A program made the translations under genes and the position numbers. From positions 1 through 42,935 of the forward strand of contig JBBRXO010000010.1 of NCBI GenBank assembly GCA_038248345.1: DNA of 42,935 bases, read 5' to 3'. The notes under the pieces are model-generated. The model saw only the letters and a program-made list of their open reading frames with translations. It did no database searches and had not been told where the DNA came from. Within the stretch, counting starts at the first letter, position 1. Each line of letters begins with the position of its first letter. Source of the DNA: Armatimonadota bacterium. Lineage in GTDB: Bacteria > Armatimonadota > Hebobacteria > CAIYQO01. Positions 18,968 to 29,456 of the stretch are shown piece by piece.

Positions 18968-19336
18968 ATGATCCAGTTAAGATCGAGACTAAAAGTGGCG
19001 GATAACTCGGGCGCACGAGTCGTAGAGTGTATTCGTGTACTGAAGGGTTCTACCGGCAGCAGCGCTAATATCGGTGACACCATCGTGGTAGCGGTGAAGC
19101 AGGTGACCCCAGGCTCAGCAGTGAAGAAAGGTGACGTCGCCAAAGCGGTGATTGTTCGCACCAAAAAAGCATTGCGTCGTCCCGACGGTTCCTATATCCG
19201 TTTCGATGAAAACGCCGCTGTACTCATTAATGATCAGAAGAATCCGCGTGGAACACGTATCTTCGGGCCAGTTGCACGCGAACTGCGTGACCGTGATTAT
19301 ATGAAAATTGTTAGCCTGGCTCCAGAGGTACTCTGA
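18968..19336 (+). CDS. rplN: 50S ribosomal protein uL14
   Basis: [35 protein letters not shown]. Confidence 0.98.
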   Translation: MIQLRSRLKVADNSGARVVECIRVLKGSTGSSANIGDTIVVAVKQVTPGSAVKKGDVAKAVIVRTKKALRRPDGSYIRFDENAAVLINDQKNPRGTRIFGPVARELRDRDYMKIVSLAPEVL

Positions 19337-19452
19337 AGCTGGTTAGCCTTCTAGCAAGTCAATACTTGACAGAAGGAAGTGGAATAACGTATTATTACCG
19401 CTTGTGTGGCCCTGGTAAAAATGCGTGGGTTCCCGTGTGTTGGTAGGTGATT

Positions 19453-19872
19453 ATGAAAATTGTCAAGGGTGATATAGTTCTGTTACGCTCCGGTAAGGAT
19501 GTCGCTGCTTTGGATTCGTCCAAAAAGGCGCAGGGCGTGCGCGGTAAAGTGATCCGCGTGCTGACCAAAGCCGATAAAGTAGTCCTCGAAGGCGTCAATA
19601 TGGTCACCAAGCATCAGCGAGCCGGGCAGACCTCCGGGTCAGCGGCGATTCAGCAAGGTGGGCGCATCCAGATGGAAGCCCCTGTGCCGGTATCCCGCAT
19701 CATGCTTGTGTGCTCGAATTGCGATAAGCCCACGCGAATTGGAACACAGCTCCGCCAGGATACTCGTCAGACATTGACGGGTGACAAGACGGTTGTTGTT
19801 CGAGATCGCGTCTGCAAAAAGTGTGGCCAGGTTATCCGACGCCCCACCGAAGATCGCTTACGCTTAGGCTAG
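19453..19872 (+). CDS. rplX: 50S ribosomal protein uL24
   Basis: KOW-like KGDIV...GKD, VVLEGVN, EAPV, CSNC...CKKC. Start is ATG 19453 or GTG 19447. Confidence 0.94.
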   Translation: MKIVKGDIVLLRSGKDVAALDSSKKAQGVRGKVIRVLTKADKVVLEGVNMVTKHQRAGQTSGSAAIQQGGRIQMEAPVPVSRIMLVCSNCDKPTRIGTQLRQDTRQTLTGDKTVVVRDRVCKKCGQVIRRPTEDRLRLG

Positions 19873-19948
19873 TAGTCTAGGTATTACCGCCGAACGGTCC
19901 ATCATGGATGCGAACGGGATGGTGATGCCCGAATAGAAGGAGAATCCT

Positions 19949-20629
19949 GTGGCAAAGCAAGTGAGCAAGAAAGCTGCTCCGCCGGCCAAAAAAGGTGGGA
20001 AACCACCCATTATCCCGGCAAAGGGAAAAGAGAAGAAAGTTTCGGCGTTAGCCGGCCTGGTGGGCGGACCTGAAGAAAAAGGGCCAGCACCTCGTTTACA
20101 TGAATTCTACAAGGTTGATGTAGTACCGGCGTTGCAGGAGCAATTCGCCTATGAAAACGTGATGCAGATCCCGCGTGTGCTTAAAGTTGTCATCAATATG
20201 GGTGTCGGCGAAGCACTGCAGGATTCCAAAACACTGGACAATGCGGTACGCGAAATGACTCTCATCAGTGGACAGAAGCCGCTGGTGACTAAAGCAAAGA
20301 TGTCCGTTGCGGCTTTCAAACTCCGCCTCGGTAACCCCATCGGCTGCAAAGTTACCATGCGCGGTGTGCGCATGTGGGAATTTCTGGATCGTCTCTTCAC
20401 GGCGTCATTGCCGCGTATTCGTGACTTCCAGGGTCTCCCCAGTAAGAGCTTCGATGGACGTGGCAATTATACTTTCGGGTTACGCGATCAGACGATCTTC
20501 CCGGAAATTGCAATTGACTCGATCGACCGGGTGCGCGGGATGGATATCACCATCGTCACCACGGCGAGTACAGATGAAGAAGCACGAACGTTGTTGACGC
20601 GGTTGGGCTTGCCCCTGCGTAAGAAATAG
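19949..20629 (+). CDS. rplE: 50S ribosomal protein uL5 (N-terminally extended)
   Basis: [45 protein letters not shown] start with SD AAGGAG. Confidence 0.97.
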   Translation: MAKQVSKKAAPPAKKGGKPPIIPAKGKEKKVSALAGLVGGPEEKGPAPRLHEFYKVDVVPALQEQFAYENVMQIPRVLKVVINMGVGEALQDSKTLDNAVREMTLISGQKPLVTKAKMSVAAFKLRLGNPIGCKVTMRGVRMWEFLDRLFTASLPRIRDFQGLPSKSFDGRGNYTFGLRDQTIFPEIAIDSIDRVRGMDITIVTTASTDEEARTLLTRLGLPLRKK

Positions 20630-20648
20630 CCGGCGAGGAGATTGAATC

Positions 20649-20834
20649 GTGGCGAAGAAGTCAAAAATCGAAAGCTGGAAACGGACTCCGAAGTTCGCAG
20701 TACGTGCGTACAACCGCTGCAATATTTGCGGTCGTCCGCGCGGATATTTCCGCAAATTCGGCATGTGTCGTATTTGCCTGCGCAGTTTTGCGCATCGTGG
20801 TTTATTGCCAGGCGTAACCAAGTCGAGCTGGTAG
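20649..20834 (+). CDS. rpsZ: 30S ribosomal protein uS14, zinc-binding type Z
   Basis: 61 aa with CNICGRPR...CRIC and PGVTKSSW. Confidence 0.96.
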   Translation: MAKKSKIESWKRTPKFAVRAYNRCNICGRPRGYFRKFGMCRICLRSFAHRGLLPGVTKSSW

Positions 20835-20843
20835 GAGCAAAAG

Positions 20844-21245
20844 ATGCCGGTAACCGATTCCATAGCTGATATGTTAACTCGCGTGCGCAACGGGCAGAAG
20901 GCCGGTCTGGAGACCGTAGCAATGCCCACGTCACGCATGAAAGTAGAGCTGGCCCGCCTCATGATTGAGGAAGGCTATGTCCTGAAATACGAGATCACCG
21001 ATACCGAGAAGCCGTCGCCCACGCTGACGCTTTCGCTGAAGTACAATACTCGCCGCGAACCGGCGATTCGTGGACTGAAGCGCGTAAGCAAGCCCGGACG
21101 CCGTGTGTATGTTGGCAGTGGTGAGATCCCCCGCGTACAAGGTGGATTGGGCGTAGCCCTGTTGACCACGTCCCATGGGGTGATAACCGATCGTCAGGCA
21201 CGTCGCGAGAAAGTTGGCGGCGAGTTGCTCTGCTATATCTGGTAG
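20844..21245 (+). CDS. rpsH: 30S ribosomal protein uS8
   Basis: DSIADMLTRVRN, RVSKPGRRVY, GGELLCYIW. Confidence 0.98.
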   Translation: MPVTDSIADMLTRVRNGQKAGLETVAMPTSRMKVELARLMIEEGYVLKYEITDTEKPSPTLTLSLKYNTRREPAIRGLKRVSKPGRRVYVGSGEIPRVQGGLGVALLTTSHGVITDRQARREKVGGELLCYIW

Positions 21246-21292
21246 ATCTGATGTCATATGCGGCGCTAGAGCCGCTTAAAGGGGATTGTCCA

Positions 21293-21883
21293 ATGTCGCG
21301 GATAGGGCGAATGCCAATAACCCTGCCTAGTGGGGTAACTGCCACGCAAGTCGATGGCAATATAAAAATTGAAGGTCCGAACGGCGTATTAGAACGTCCA
21401 GTTGTTTCGCCCATCACGGTGCGCGAAGAGGCTGGTATGCTGTACGTGGAAAGACCTGATGATATCAAAATGAACAAGGCGCTGCACGGCCTGACGCGTA
21501 CCCTTATCAGTAACATGGTAGTGGGCGTAACAGACGGTTATAAGATTGTTTTGTCATTACATGGTATTGGCTACCGCGCCACCATGCAGCCGGAGAAAGG
21601 TAGCGTTCTGCTGAACTTAGGTTTATCGCATGACGTCACCGTTATCCCGCCCACAGGTGTGGCGCTGGGAGTAGAGGTTTCTCCGCCGAACGTTGACAAC
21701 CAGTACATGACGGCACGCGTTATCATTTCGGGCATCAACAAAGAGATGGTAGGCCAGGTTGCCGCGAAGATTCGCGCACTGAAGAAACCCGAACCTTATA
21801 AAGGTAAAGGCTTCCGCTATCTGGGTGAAACGATCCTCCGCAAGGCTGGTAAAGCTGGCAAAGCGGGCAAGGGTAAGAAATAA
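21293..21883 (+). CDS. rplF: 50S ribosomal protein uL6
   Basis: MSRIGRMPI, HGLTRTLISNMVVGV, PEPYKGKG. ATG at 21293. Confidence 0.97.
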   Translation: MSRIGRMPITLPSGVTATQVDGNIKIEGPNGVLERPVVSPITVREEAGMLYVERPDDIKMNKALHGLTRTLISNMVVGVTDGYKIVLSLHGIGYRATMQPEKGSVLLNLGLSHDVTVIPPTGVALGVEVSPPNVDNQYMTARVIISGINKEMVGQVAAKIRALKKPEPYKGKGFRYLGETILRKAGKAGKAGKGKK

Positions 21884-21949
21884 TATTATTCGTGGGTAAC
21901 CCCCGTGGAAATCCGACCCGGCAAACACCGGGGCAGAGGTAAACATCAC

Positions 21950-22321
21950 ATGAAGCTGGTGAGAGAAGCAGCGCTAGCACGACGTCACAAACGCGTGCGC
22001 GCCAAAGTATCGGGAACGCCGGGAAGGCCGCGTCTAGCTGTACATCGCAGTGGACTGCACATTTATGTGCAGGTCATCGATGATCTAGCAGGCACGACAC
22101 TGGCGGCGGCATCGAGTAATGAGCCCGCTTTCCGTGAACAGAAGAGCGACACTGTAAAAGGGTCAAATGTTCAAGGTGCACAGTTCGTCGGCAAGTTAGT
22201 CGCCGAGCGCGCACTGGAAAAAGGTTTTTCCCTGGTGGTATTCGATCGAGGCGGTTACCCGTATCATGGTCGAGTGAAAGCGTTGGCGGAAGCCGCGCGT
22301 GAAGGCGGATTGAAGTTCTAA
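21950..22321 (+). CDS. rplR: 50S ribosomal protein uL18
   Basis: [38 protein letters not shown] 21950 with SD AGAGGT. Confidence 0.96.
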   Translation: MKLVREAALARRHKRVRAKVSGTPGRPRLAVHRSGLHIYVQVIDDLAGTTLAAASSNEPAFREQKSDTVKGSNVQGAQFVGKLVAERALEKGFSLVVFDRGGYPYHGRVKALAEAAREGGLKF

Positions 22322-22354
22322 TCGCGTAGGCGATAAAGAATCGGAGAAAACGGC

Positions 22355-22882
22355 ATGGCGAAACTTGATGTTTCAGCGCTGTCACTCGAAGAGAAGGTTA
22401 TTAACCTCAACCGAGTGCAGAAAGTACATAAGGGTGGTCGCACACTACGGTGGAGCGCACTGGTGGTGGTCGGAGATAATAACGGCCACGTGGGCGTAGG
22501 CCTGGGTAAGGCTTCGGAAGTTCCCGATGCAATCCGCAAGGGTGCAGAGGCAGCCAAGAAAGCTCTCATGTCTATCCCGCTCAAAAACGGCACCATCCCC
22601 CACAGTGTGATGGAAAGCGCCGGCGCGGCGAATGTAATGCTGAAACCGGCTTCGTCCGGTACCGGCGTTATCGCTGGCGGTGCTGTCCGGGCAATCATGG
22701 AAGCGGGCGGAGTGCATAACATTCTGACCAAAAGCCTTGGTTCCGCGAACCCCATCAATATCGCCTGGGCGACAATTAATTGTCTGAAGGCGCTGCGAAC
22801 AGCGGAAGAAGTAGCTGCGACACGTGGTAAATCGGTCGAGGAGATCCTCGGCTATAAGACGCAGCAAGGAGAAGTGGCGTGA
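22355..22882 (+). CDS. rpsE: 30S ribosomal protein uS5
   Basis: [30 protein letters not shown]. Confidence 0.97.
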   Translation: MAKLDVSALSLEEKVINLNRVQKVHKGGRTLRWSALVVVGDNNGHVGVGLGKASEVPDAIRKGAEAAKKALMSIPLKNGTIPHSVMESAGAANVMLKPASSGTGVIAGGAVRAIMEAGGVHNILTKSLGSANPINIAWATINCLKALRTAEEVAATRGKSVEEILGYKTQQGEVA

Positions 22883-23073
22883 GCGGTAAGCTATCCATTA
22901 AATTGAAGAAGAGTGTCATCGGTTGCCCGAAGAGCCAGCGTGAGATCGTCCGCGCTCTCGGACTGCGCAAAACCCAGCAGACCGTGGTACTCCCAGATAA
23001 TCCCTGTACCAGAGGAGCGGCTTTCAAAGTCCGCCACCTGCTGGAAGTGAAAGAGTTTATTGAAACTGAATAG
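22879..23073 (+). CDS. rpmD: 50S ribosomal protein uL30
   Basis: KSVIG, ALGLRK, KVRHLL; synteny. Confidence 0.95.
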   Translation: MSGKLSIKLKKSVIGCPKSQREIVRALGLRKTQQTVVLPDNPCTRGAAFKVRHLLEVKEFIETE

Positions 23074-23146
23074 TGTCACCAGTTGCACATATATAGTGCT
23101 GTGACGAGTGATCGGCTCCCCGCCGATTGCGTAGAGGAACAGAAAC

Positions 23147-23605
23147 ATGAGATTAGAAGATGTAAAAGTGCCTGCGGGCGCTAAAACAAAGAAGGCTAAA
23201 CGCGTCGGACGTGGCATTGGATCAGGGCATGGTAAAACCAGTTGTCGTGGTCACAAAGGCCAGAAAGCGCGTGGTTCGGTTCGCCCTGGATTTGAGGGCG
23301 GCCAGACCCCACTTAATCGACGTCTACGTAAGCTGAAAGGCGAAAGCCAGAGCGCACGTAACATCGGCATATTCCACAAAGAGTACGCTATCGTCAACGT
23401 TGGTCAGTTGGATATCTTTGAAGCCAACACCGTCGTTACTGCGGAATTACTTATCGCCACCCGTATCATCAACGAAGTCCAACTGGGACTGCGTGTGCTG
23501 GGTAACGGCGAACTCACAAAACCACTCACAATCAAGGCCCTGCATTTTAGCGCATCTGCCCTGGCAAAGATCGAAGCCGTCGGCGGGAGCACGGAGGTAG
23601 CCTAA
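23147..23605 (+). CDS. rplO: 50S ribosomal protein uL15
   Basis: [33 protein letters not shown]. Confidence 0.97.
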   Translation: MRLEDVKVPAGAKTKKAKRVGRGIGSGHGKTSCRGHKGQKARGSVRPGFEGGQTPLNRRLRKLKGESQSARNIGIFHKEYAIVNVGQLDIFEANTVVTAELLIATRIINEVQLGLRVLGNGELTKPLTIKALHFSASALAKIEAVGGSTEVA

Positions 23606-23606
23606 C

Positions 23607-24959
23607 GTGGCATCAAACGAAACGAGTTGGAGAGAATCACTAATTCGCATGAGCCGGGCCTTTGAGGTACCGGATCTACGCGCGCGGATACTATTCGTGA
23701 TGTCTATGTTCGCTATCTACGTAGCGGGCTTGCACATCCCGGCTCCGCTCGTCAATCCAGATCGGCTCCCCGACCTGGGCGCCATCAGCGGTCTAATTGA
23801 TATAATGTCCGGTGGTGGTTTTAAGCGGCTATCTATTCTCGCCCTCGGTATCATACCGTATATTAACGCCTCTATCATCATGCAGTTGCTGGGTATCGCC
23901 GTACCGGCCATTCAGCGGATGCAGAAAGAAGGAGACACCGGGCGCAAAGTCTTATCGTCCTATACCCGTTGGGGCACCGTATTCCTCGCCTTCCTGCAGG
24001 CTGTAGGTTTATTTGTATTCCTGAAGAATGCGGGCGCAGTTGACCCATTATTCGGCTGGTATGCTGGGCTTCCCGTGGTAATCTGCATGGTGGCGGGCAC
24101 CTCGTTCCTGATGTGGATCGGCGAGCAACTTACCGACAAGGGCATCGGCAACGGCGTCTCCCTGATCATATTTGCGGGCATCATGATTCGTCTGCCGGAC
24201 ACCTTCTGGCAAATATTCAAGTTGGCCAGTGTGAATGCCGGTGAGAACCTGCCGCAGCTAGTATTTAGCGTGGGGTTAATCATCGCAATTTTTGTCGCAA
24301 TCGTCTTCTTTATCACTTATGTGCATCAGGCGATTCGCAAGATCCCTATTCAGCATGCAAAACGTGTAGTAGGCTCGCGCGTCTTCAGCTCGAACAACAC
24401 CTATCTACCGTTGAAGGTAGTGACCGCGGGCGTAATCCCGATCATCTTCGCTATCTCGGTGGTGATGTTGCCGGGTACAATAGGCCAGTTCCTCGACAAG
24501 CATTATACTGAAATCGGTCAGGCTATCCCGGTATGGGTCGGCTGGATGAAGATGCTCTCTCCCGGGCAACACTGGGTGGGCGGTGTAATATACTTCTTGT
24601 TAGTTGTATTCTTCACCTACTTCTATACAGCTGTTGTTTACAACGTACAGGATATTGCGGATAACCTGAAGAAACACGGTAGTTTCATCCCTGGAATTCG
24701 CCCGGGTAAAAACACCGAGACCTATGTTGATAAAGTGCTAACTCGAATCACCTTTGCTGGTGCGTTGTTCCTGGGTTTAGTGGCCTTGTTGCCATACATT
24801 ATCCCGGTACTATTGCGAAGCACTGGTACAGAAGCTTCTTTCTTCCCCCTCTGGGGCGGTACCTCACTACTCATCGTAGTAGGCGTGGCGCTGGAGACGA
24901 TGAAACAGATCGAAGCGAACCTGGTGATGCACCATTACGATGGCTTTATTAAAAATTAG
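23607..24959 (+). CDS. secY: Preprotein translocase subunit SecY
   Basis: LGIIPYINASIIMQLL, GIGNGVSLIIFAGI, FIPGIRPG, GGTSLLIVVGVA. Confidence 0.98.
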   Translation: MASNETSWRESLIRMSRAFEVPDLRARILFVMSMFAIYVAGLHIPAPLVNPDRLPDLGAISGLIDIMSGGGFKRLSILALGIIPYINASIIMQLLGIAVPAIQRMQKEGDTGRKVLSSYTRWGTVFLAFLQAVGLFVFLKNAGAVDPLFGWYAGLPVVICMVAGTSFLMWIGEQLTDKGIGNGVSLIIFAGIMIRLPDTFWQIFKLASVNAGENLPQLVFSVGLIIAIFVAIVFFITYVHQAIRKIPIQHAKRVVGSRVFSSNNTYLPLKVVTAGVIPIIFAISVVMLPGTIGQFLDKHYTEIGQAIPVWVGWMKMLSPGQHWVGGVIYFLLVVFFTYFYTAVVYNVQDIADNLKKHGSFIPGIRPGKNTETYVDKVLTRITFAGALFLGLVALLPYIIPVLLRSTGTEASFFPLWGGTSLLIVVGVALETMKQIEANLVMHHYDGFIKN

Positions 24960-24967
24960 GCTAAAGG

Positions 24968-25633
24968 ATGAACATGGAAAACGGCAAGCATTTGATATTA
25001 TTAGGCGCACCCGGAGCGGGCAAAGGTACTCAGGCTTCTTACCTGAAAGATAGCTGGAATTTGATGCATATCTCCACGGGTGATATCCTCAGAGGCCAGG
25101 TTCGAGCGGGCAGCGAGCTGGGTGTAGAAGCCCAGGGCTATATGGAACGCGGTGAACTGGTGCCGGATGACCTGATTATTCGCATGATGGAAGTGAAGCT
25201 GGCTGAGCTGGGCGCACAGGGATATATCCTAGATGGTTTCCCGCGCACCGTGGCACAGGCCGAAGCGCTTGATGCCACCATGGCGAAGATTGGCCATCAG
25301 ATCGATGCTGTGGTAAACTTAGAAGTTGAGGACACTGAACTCATCCGTCGCCTCACCGGACGCCGCGTCTGCACTAATTGCAATGCGGTCTTCCATGTGG
25401 ATACGATGAAGCCGGTGGTTGAAGGAATATGTGACAAATGCGGTACGGCATTGATTCAACGTAAAGATGACCAGATTGATGCTATCACTAACCGCCTTGG
25501 AGTTTATAAAGAGCAGACGAAGCCGCTGATTGAATATTACAGTGTACGTGGCAAATTGCTCACGGTGGATGGAACCATAGGGGTGACACAGGTTGGCGAA
25601 GCGATAGCCACTGGATTGAATAAGAAGGGCTAA
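24968..25633 (+). CDS. adk: Adenylate kinase (zinc lid)
   Basis: GAPGAGKGTQA, HISTGD, GYILDGFPRT, CTNC/CDKC. Confidence 0.97.
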   Translation: MNMENGKHLILLGAPGAGKGTQASYLKDSWNLMHISTGDILRGQVRAGSELGVEAQGYMERGELVPDDLIIRMMEVKLAELGAQGYILDGFPRTVAQAEALDATMAKIGHQIDAVVNLEVEDTELIRRLTGRRVCTNCNAVFHVDTMKPVVEGICDKCGTALIQRKDDQIDAITNRLGVYKEQTKPLIEYYSVRGKLLTVDGTIGVTQVGEAIATGLNKKG

Positions 25634-26413
25634 ATGCGCAAACGCCGACAGGCCGGCCCCGAAATCAGGCTGAAAACAGAAGCAGAAATTGATATCATGC
25701 GCCGTTCCGGGAAGATTACGGCGTTGGCGCTGGATAAAATTGGCAAGGCGATTCGTCCTGGAATTACGACCGCCGAACTGAATATAATAGCGGAAAACGT
25801 GATACGCGGCCTGGGGGCGTTGCCCGCGTTTCTGGGATATCATCAATATCCGGCGACGACGTGCATTTCGATAAACGACGAAGTAGTACACGGAATACCG
25901 GGTGGGCGAATCGTTCGCGAAGGTGATCTGGTTAGCGTTGATATGGGGGCTATCCTGGAAGGATGGTATTCCGACTCCGCGTGGACTTTTCCGGTGGGGC
26001 CGGCGACGGCAGCACAGCAGCGGCTCATGGAGGCCGGGATTGATGGTTTAGCTGCCGGAATAGCCGCGGCAATACCGGGAAACCGGTTGCGTGACATAGC
26101 AAACGCCGTGCAGAAGGTGGCTGAGAGCCGAGGTTACTCGGTGGTACGCGATCTTTGCGGACATGGAATCGGGCGCAGGATGCACGAAGACCCGCAAGTG
26201 CCGAATTATATCGGCGCGGTGGGCGAGAATTTGATATTACGAGCTGGCATGACACTGGCGATTGAGCCGATGATCAATGCCGGACGAGCGGAAGTAACGA
26301 ATCAGCCGGATGGCTGGTTGTTTACCACGGATGATGGTTCGCTCTCGGTACATTTTGAGCATACTGTCGTAATACGGGCCGAGGGCGCGGAAATTCTCAC
26401 TAAATTACGGTGA
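25634..26413 (+). CDS. map: Methionine aminopeptidase type I
   Basis: NDEVVHGIP, GHGIG..MHEDP, AIEPM, HFEHT. Confidence 0.97.
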   Translation: MRKRRQAGPEIRLKTEAEIDIMRRSGKITALALDKIGKAIRPGITTAELNIIAENVIRGLGALPAFLGYHQYPATTCISINDEVVHGIPGGRIVREGDLVSVDMGAILEGWYSDSAWTFPVGPATAAQQRLMEAGIDGLAAGIAAAIPGNRLRDIANAVQKVAESRGYSVVRDLCGHGIGRRMHEDPQVPNYIGAVGENLILRAGMTLAIEPMINAGRAEVTNQPDGWLFTTDDGSLSVHFEHTVVIRAEGAEILTKLR

Positions 26414-26437
26414 GATGCAATTAAGTTGGGGTAAAAA

Positions 26438-26677
26438 GTGGCCAAAGAATCGGCAATTGAAGTCGAAGGCGTAGTGGCAGAAGCGCTGCCAAATGCGGCT
26501 TTTCGAGTGAAGATCGACGCGATGACCAGACCGGATGGTACCGAGCACATTGTGCTGGCCTCCGTGTCGGGAAAAATTCGTTTACACTTCATTCGTATCC
26601 TACCCGGCGACCGGGTAAAACTGGAATTGTCGCCGTACGATCTAACCCGCGGGCGGATCGTTTACCGATATAAATAA
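26438..26677 (+). CDS. infA: Translation initiation factor IF-1
   Basis: EALPNA.F, SGKIR...[19 protein letters not shown]. Confidence 0.97.
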   Translation: MAKESAIEVEGVVAEALPNAAFRVKIDAMTRPDGTEHIVLASVSGKIRLHFIRILPGDRVKLELSPYDLTRGRIVYRYK

Positions 26678-26710
26678 TGATAGGCCGGAAGCGACCGGCG
26701 GGAGAAAACC

Positions 26711-26824
26711 ATGAAAGTGCGAGCATCTGTGAAAGCAATATGCGATAAATGCAAAATAATTCGGCGCGAGGGCAAAGTCCGCGTCATCTGTGTAACCCCA
26801 AAACACAAACAGGTGCAGGGGTAA
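26711..26824 (+). CDS. rpmJ: 50S ribosomal protein bL36 (zinc-binding form; absent from the ORF track)
   Basis: Manual translation [44 protein letters not shown]. Confidence 0.96.
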   Translation: MKVRASVKAICDKCKIIRREGKVRVICVTPKHKQVQG

Positions 26825-26839
26825 AAGAGGAGTACACGC

Positions 26840-27220
26840 ATGGCTAGAATTGCGGGCGTTGATTTGCCCCGAGAAAAACGCGTAGAGATAGCTCTCACCT
26901 ATATATATGGGATCGGGCTTGAGACGAGTAAAAAAGTATTAGAGCAAAGCGGGGTCTCCCCGGCTACACGAGTGCGCGACCTCACCGAGGATGAAGTGAG
27001 CCGCATGCGTGAAGTGATTGATCGTGAGTTCACTGTCGAAGGCGATCTGCGCCGCGAAATAACTGCGAACATCAAACGGCTCATGGAAATCGGCTGCTAC
27101 CGTGGAATTCGCCATCGTCGCGGATTACCGGTGCGCGGACAGCGCTCCAAAACCAATGCCCGAACTCGCAAGGGTCCGAAGCGTGCGGTAACTGGAAAGA
27201 AGAAAACGCCGAAGAAATAA
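26840..27220 (+). CDS. rpsM: 30S ribosomal protein uS13
   Basis: [34 protein letters not shown]. Confidence 0.98.
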   Translation: MARIAGVDLPREKRVEIALTYIYGIGLETSKKVLEQSGVSPATRVRDLTEDEVSRMREVIDREFTVEGDLRREITANIKRLMEIGCYRGIRHRRGLPVRGQRSKTNARTRKGPKRAVTGKKKTPKK

Positions 27221-27284
27221 TTGACGGTTTTTCCGTCGGACAGGTGAGCTGGGGAGAAACTTCAGTAATCACCGGGAGGGTGCA

Positions 27285-27674
27285 ATGGCACGTAAAGTCA
27301 CTAAGACTAAAAAGCGTGAGCGTCGCGCAGTGGTGGAAGGCAATGCCTACATCCAGTCTACGTTTAACAACACTATCGTCACCGTTACGGATTTAACCGG
27401 CAACGTGGTCGGTTGGGCCAGTGCAGGCTCGGTCGGTTTTAAAGGCACCAAGAAGGGCACGCCGTTCGCCGCACAGTTGGCGGCCGAGACGGTCGCCCGC
27501 CGTGCTGCTGACCAGGGCATGAAACGCATCAACGTGTTTGTGAAAGGTCCAGGATCCGGTCGTGAGACGGCCATGCGTGCCATCGGCACCGCTGGGATCA
27601 TGGTTTCCTCCATCCGCGACATTACAGCGGTACCGCATAATGGTTGCCGTCCGCCGAAACGCCGCCGCGTCTAA
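27285..27674 (+). CDS. rpsK: 30S ribosomal protein uS11
   Basis: [36 protein letters not shown]. Confidence 0.98.
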   Translation: MARKVTKTKKRERRAVVEGNAYIQSTFNNTIVTVTDLTGNVVGWASAGSVGFKGTKKGTPFAAQLAAETVARRAADQGMKRINVFVKGPGSGRETAMRAIGTAGIMVSSIRDITAVPHNGCRPPKRRRV

Positions 27675-27704
27675 GTTTTTTAGCGATTACAAGGGAGATA
27701 GTCA

Positions 27705-28325
27705 ATGGGACGATATACCGGTCCAGTTTGCAAATTATGCCGTCGGGAAGGTCTGAAGCTTTTCTTGAAAGGCGCACGATGCCTGAGCCCCAAATGTGGC
27801 TTGGAAGCACACGCCTACCCGCCGGGTCAGCACGGACAAGGTCGCAAAAAGGTTTCAGACTACGGTCTGCAGCTACGGGAAAAACAGAAATGTCGACGAT
27901 TCTACAGCGTCTATGAGAAACAGTTCAGCAGCTACTTCAAAACAGCAGCACATCTGCGCGGTATCACCGGCGAAGGTATGTTGCAGTTGCTGGAAATGCG
28001 CCTGGACAACGTTGTATTCCGTTCTGGCCTCGTCAGCAGCCGCGCAGAAGCGCGCCAGCTGATCACCCATCGCCACTTCACCATTGACGGGCAAGTTGTT
28101 AACGTGCCGTCATTCCAGGTGAAGCCAGGCATGGCGATTTCAGTTCGAGAAAAATCGGCAAAGTGCGATGTCTTCCAGTCAGGTGGCTCTATGCGCCGCG
28201 TGCCAGGTTGGATGACGGTTGACGTTGAAGGCAAGCGCATTCAGGTACTATCAGTACCAGCGCGTGCCGAGATGGACCTGCCTGAATTGCAGGAACAGCT
28301 CATTGTGGAATACTATTCACGCTAA
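27705..28325 (+). CDS. rpsD: 30S ribosomal protein uS4 (zinc-binding form)
   Basis: CKLCRREG, PPGQHG, YGLQLREKQK, LEMRLDN, IVEYYSR. Confidence 0.98.
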   Translation: MGRYTGPVCKLCRREGLKLFLKGARCLSPKCGLEAHAYPPGQHGQGRKKVSDYGLQLREKQKCRRFYSVYEKQFSSYFKTAAHLRGITGEGMLQLLEMRLDNVVFRSGLVSSRAEARQLITHRHFTIDGQVVNVPSFQVKPGMAISVREKSAKCDVFQSGGSMRRVPGWMTVDVEGKRIQVLSVPARAEMDLPELQEQLIVEYYSR

Positions 28326-28379
28326 ACGTCACGCCATTGCGCCGCCGATATTTCGGTGTGGTCGCAGGAGCAAATTAAC

Positions 28380-29396
28380 ATGTCAATAACCAATATACAG
28401 ACACCCAATATTGAGCGTATCGATGATCGGAATGACCCCTCTTACGGGAAGTTCGTTATCGAACCGCTGGAGCGAGGCTATGGTACAACATTAGGAAGCG
28501 GCTTACGCCGTGTGTTGCTTTCGTCAATCCCCGGTACTGCACTTCGAAACGTGCGTATCGAGGGTGTAATGCACGAATTCAGCACCATTCCGGGAGTCGT
28601 GGAAGACACTACCGACTTGCTGTTGAACCTGAAAGAGATTGCCTTCCGCGTTAAATCAATTTCAGAAGACCATCCCAGTGAGGCAGCGCGCGAGATCACA
28701 CTATACCGTGTGGGCCCGGGCGAGATCACCGCGGCTGACATTGAATTACCTTCGGATATCGAGATCGCGAATCCCGGGCATCACATTGTCACCGTCACTG
28801 GCAAGGATACCGTGCTGGATATCAAGATGGAAGTGCAGTTAGGCATTGGATTCCTGCCCGCCGAGCGACAGGATCGATCCAATCTGCCCATCGGTACCAT
28901 TCCTACGGATAGTATCTTCACCCCGGTACGCCAGGTGGCCTACCGTGTTGATCCCACTCGTGTGGGTTCCGCGACTGACCTTGACCGGCTGACGTTGGAA
29001 GTACGAACCAACGGTACCATCAGCCCGCACGAAGCTATCTCCGATGCTGCGAAGATTCTGGATCGCTATCTGATCCTCTTCTTTGACTTCGGGGATTCTG
29101 ATGATAATAGTATTTTCGGCGATCATACGGCGATGTCAGTGCCGGGTTCCGAGAAAAAGGTGAAAGACCTGAATTTCAGCGTCCGCACCTATAACTGCCT
29201 GCGGAAAGTGAATATCATCACCCTGGGTGAATTGATCTCTCATTCTGATGCAGAATTAATGGCCATCAAGAACTTTGGCCGTAAGTCACTGGTAGAAGTT
29301 CGCGAAAAGATGAGCGAAATGGGCTTGCTCTTGCGCGACTCCACGGACTTCGTTCCGGGTGAAGGTGATGACGTAGAAGAAGGCGACGAAGAGTAA
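28380..29396 (+). CDS. rpoA: RNA polymerase subunit alpha
   Basis: EPLERGYGTTLG, HEFSTIPGVVED, and the CTD SVRTYNCL...NFGRKS. ATG 28380 with SD AGGAG. Confidence 0.98.
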   Translation: MSITNIQTPNIERIDDRNDPSYGKFVIEPLERGYGTTLGSGLRRVLLSSIPGTALRNVRIEGVMHEFSTIPGVVEDTTDLLLNLKEIAFRVKSISEDHPSEAAREITLYRVGPGEITAADIELPSDIEIANPGHHIVTVTGKDTVLDIKMEVQLGIGFLPAERQDRSNLPIGTIPTDSIFTPVRQVAYRVDPTRVGSATDLDRLTLEVRTNGTISPHEAISDAAKILDRYLILFFDFGDSDDNSIFGDHTAMSVPGSEKKVKDLNFSVRTYNCLRKVNIITLGELISHSDAELMAIKNFGRKSLVEVREKMSEMGLLLRDSTDFVPGEGDDVEEGDEE

Positions 29397-29456
29397 TCCG
29401 TTGCCACTTGGTTAAGTGTTAGCTTGCGAACCTGTTAGCAAGAAAAGGATAAATAG

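Noticed and set aside
21905..21949. Apparent N-terminal extension of uL18, and likewise of uL6, uS17, RpoA, LeuB and QueA
   Set aside because: Downstream starts with better SD spacing give normal-length proteins.
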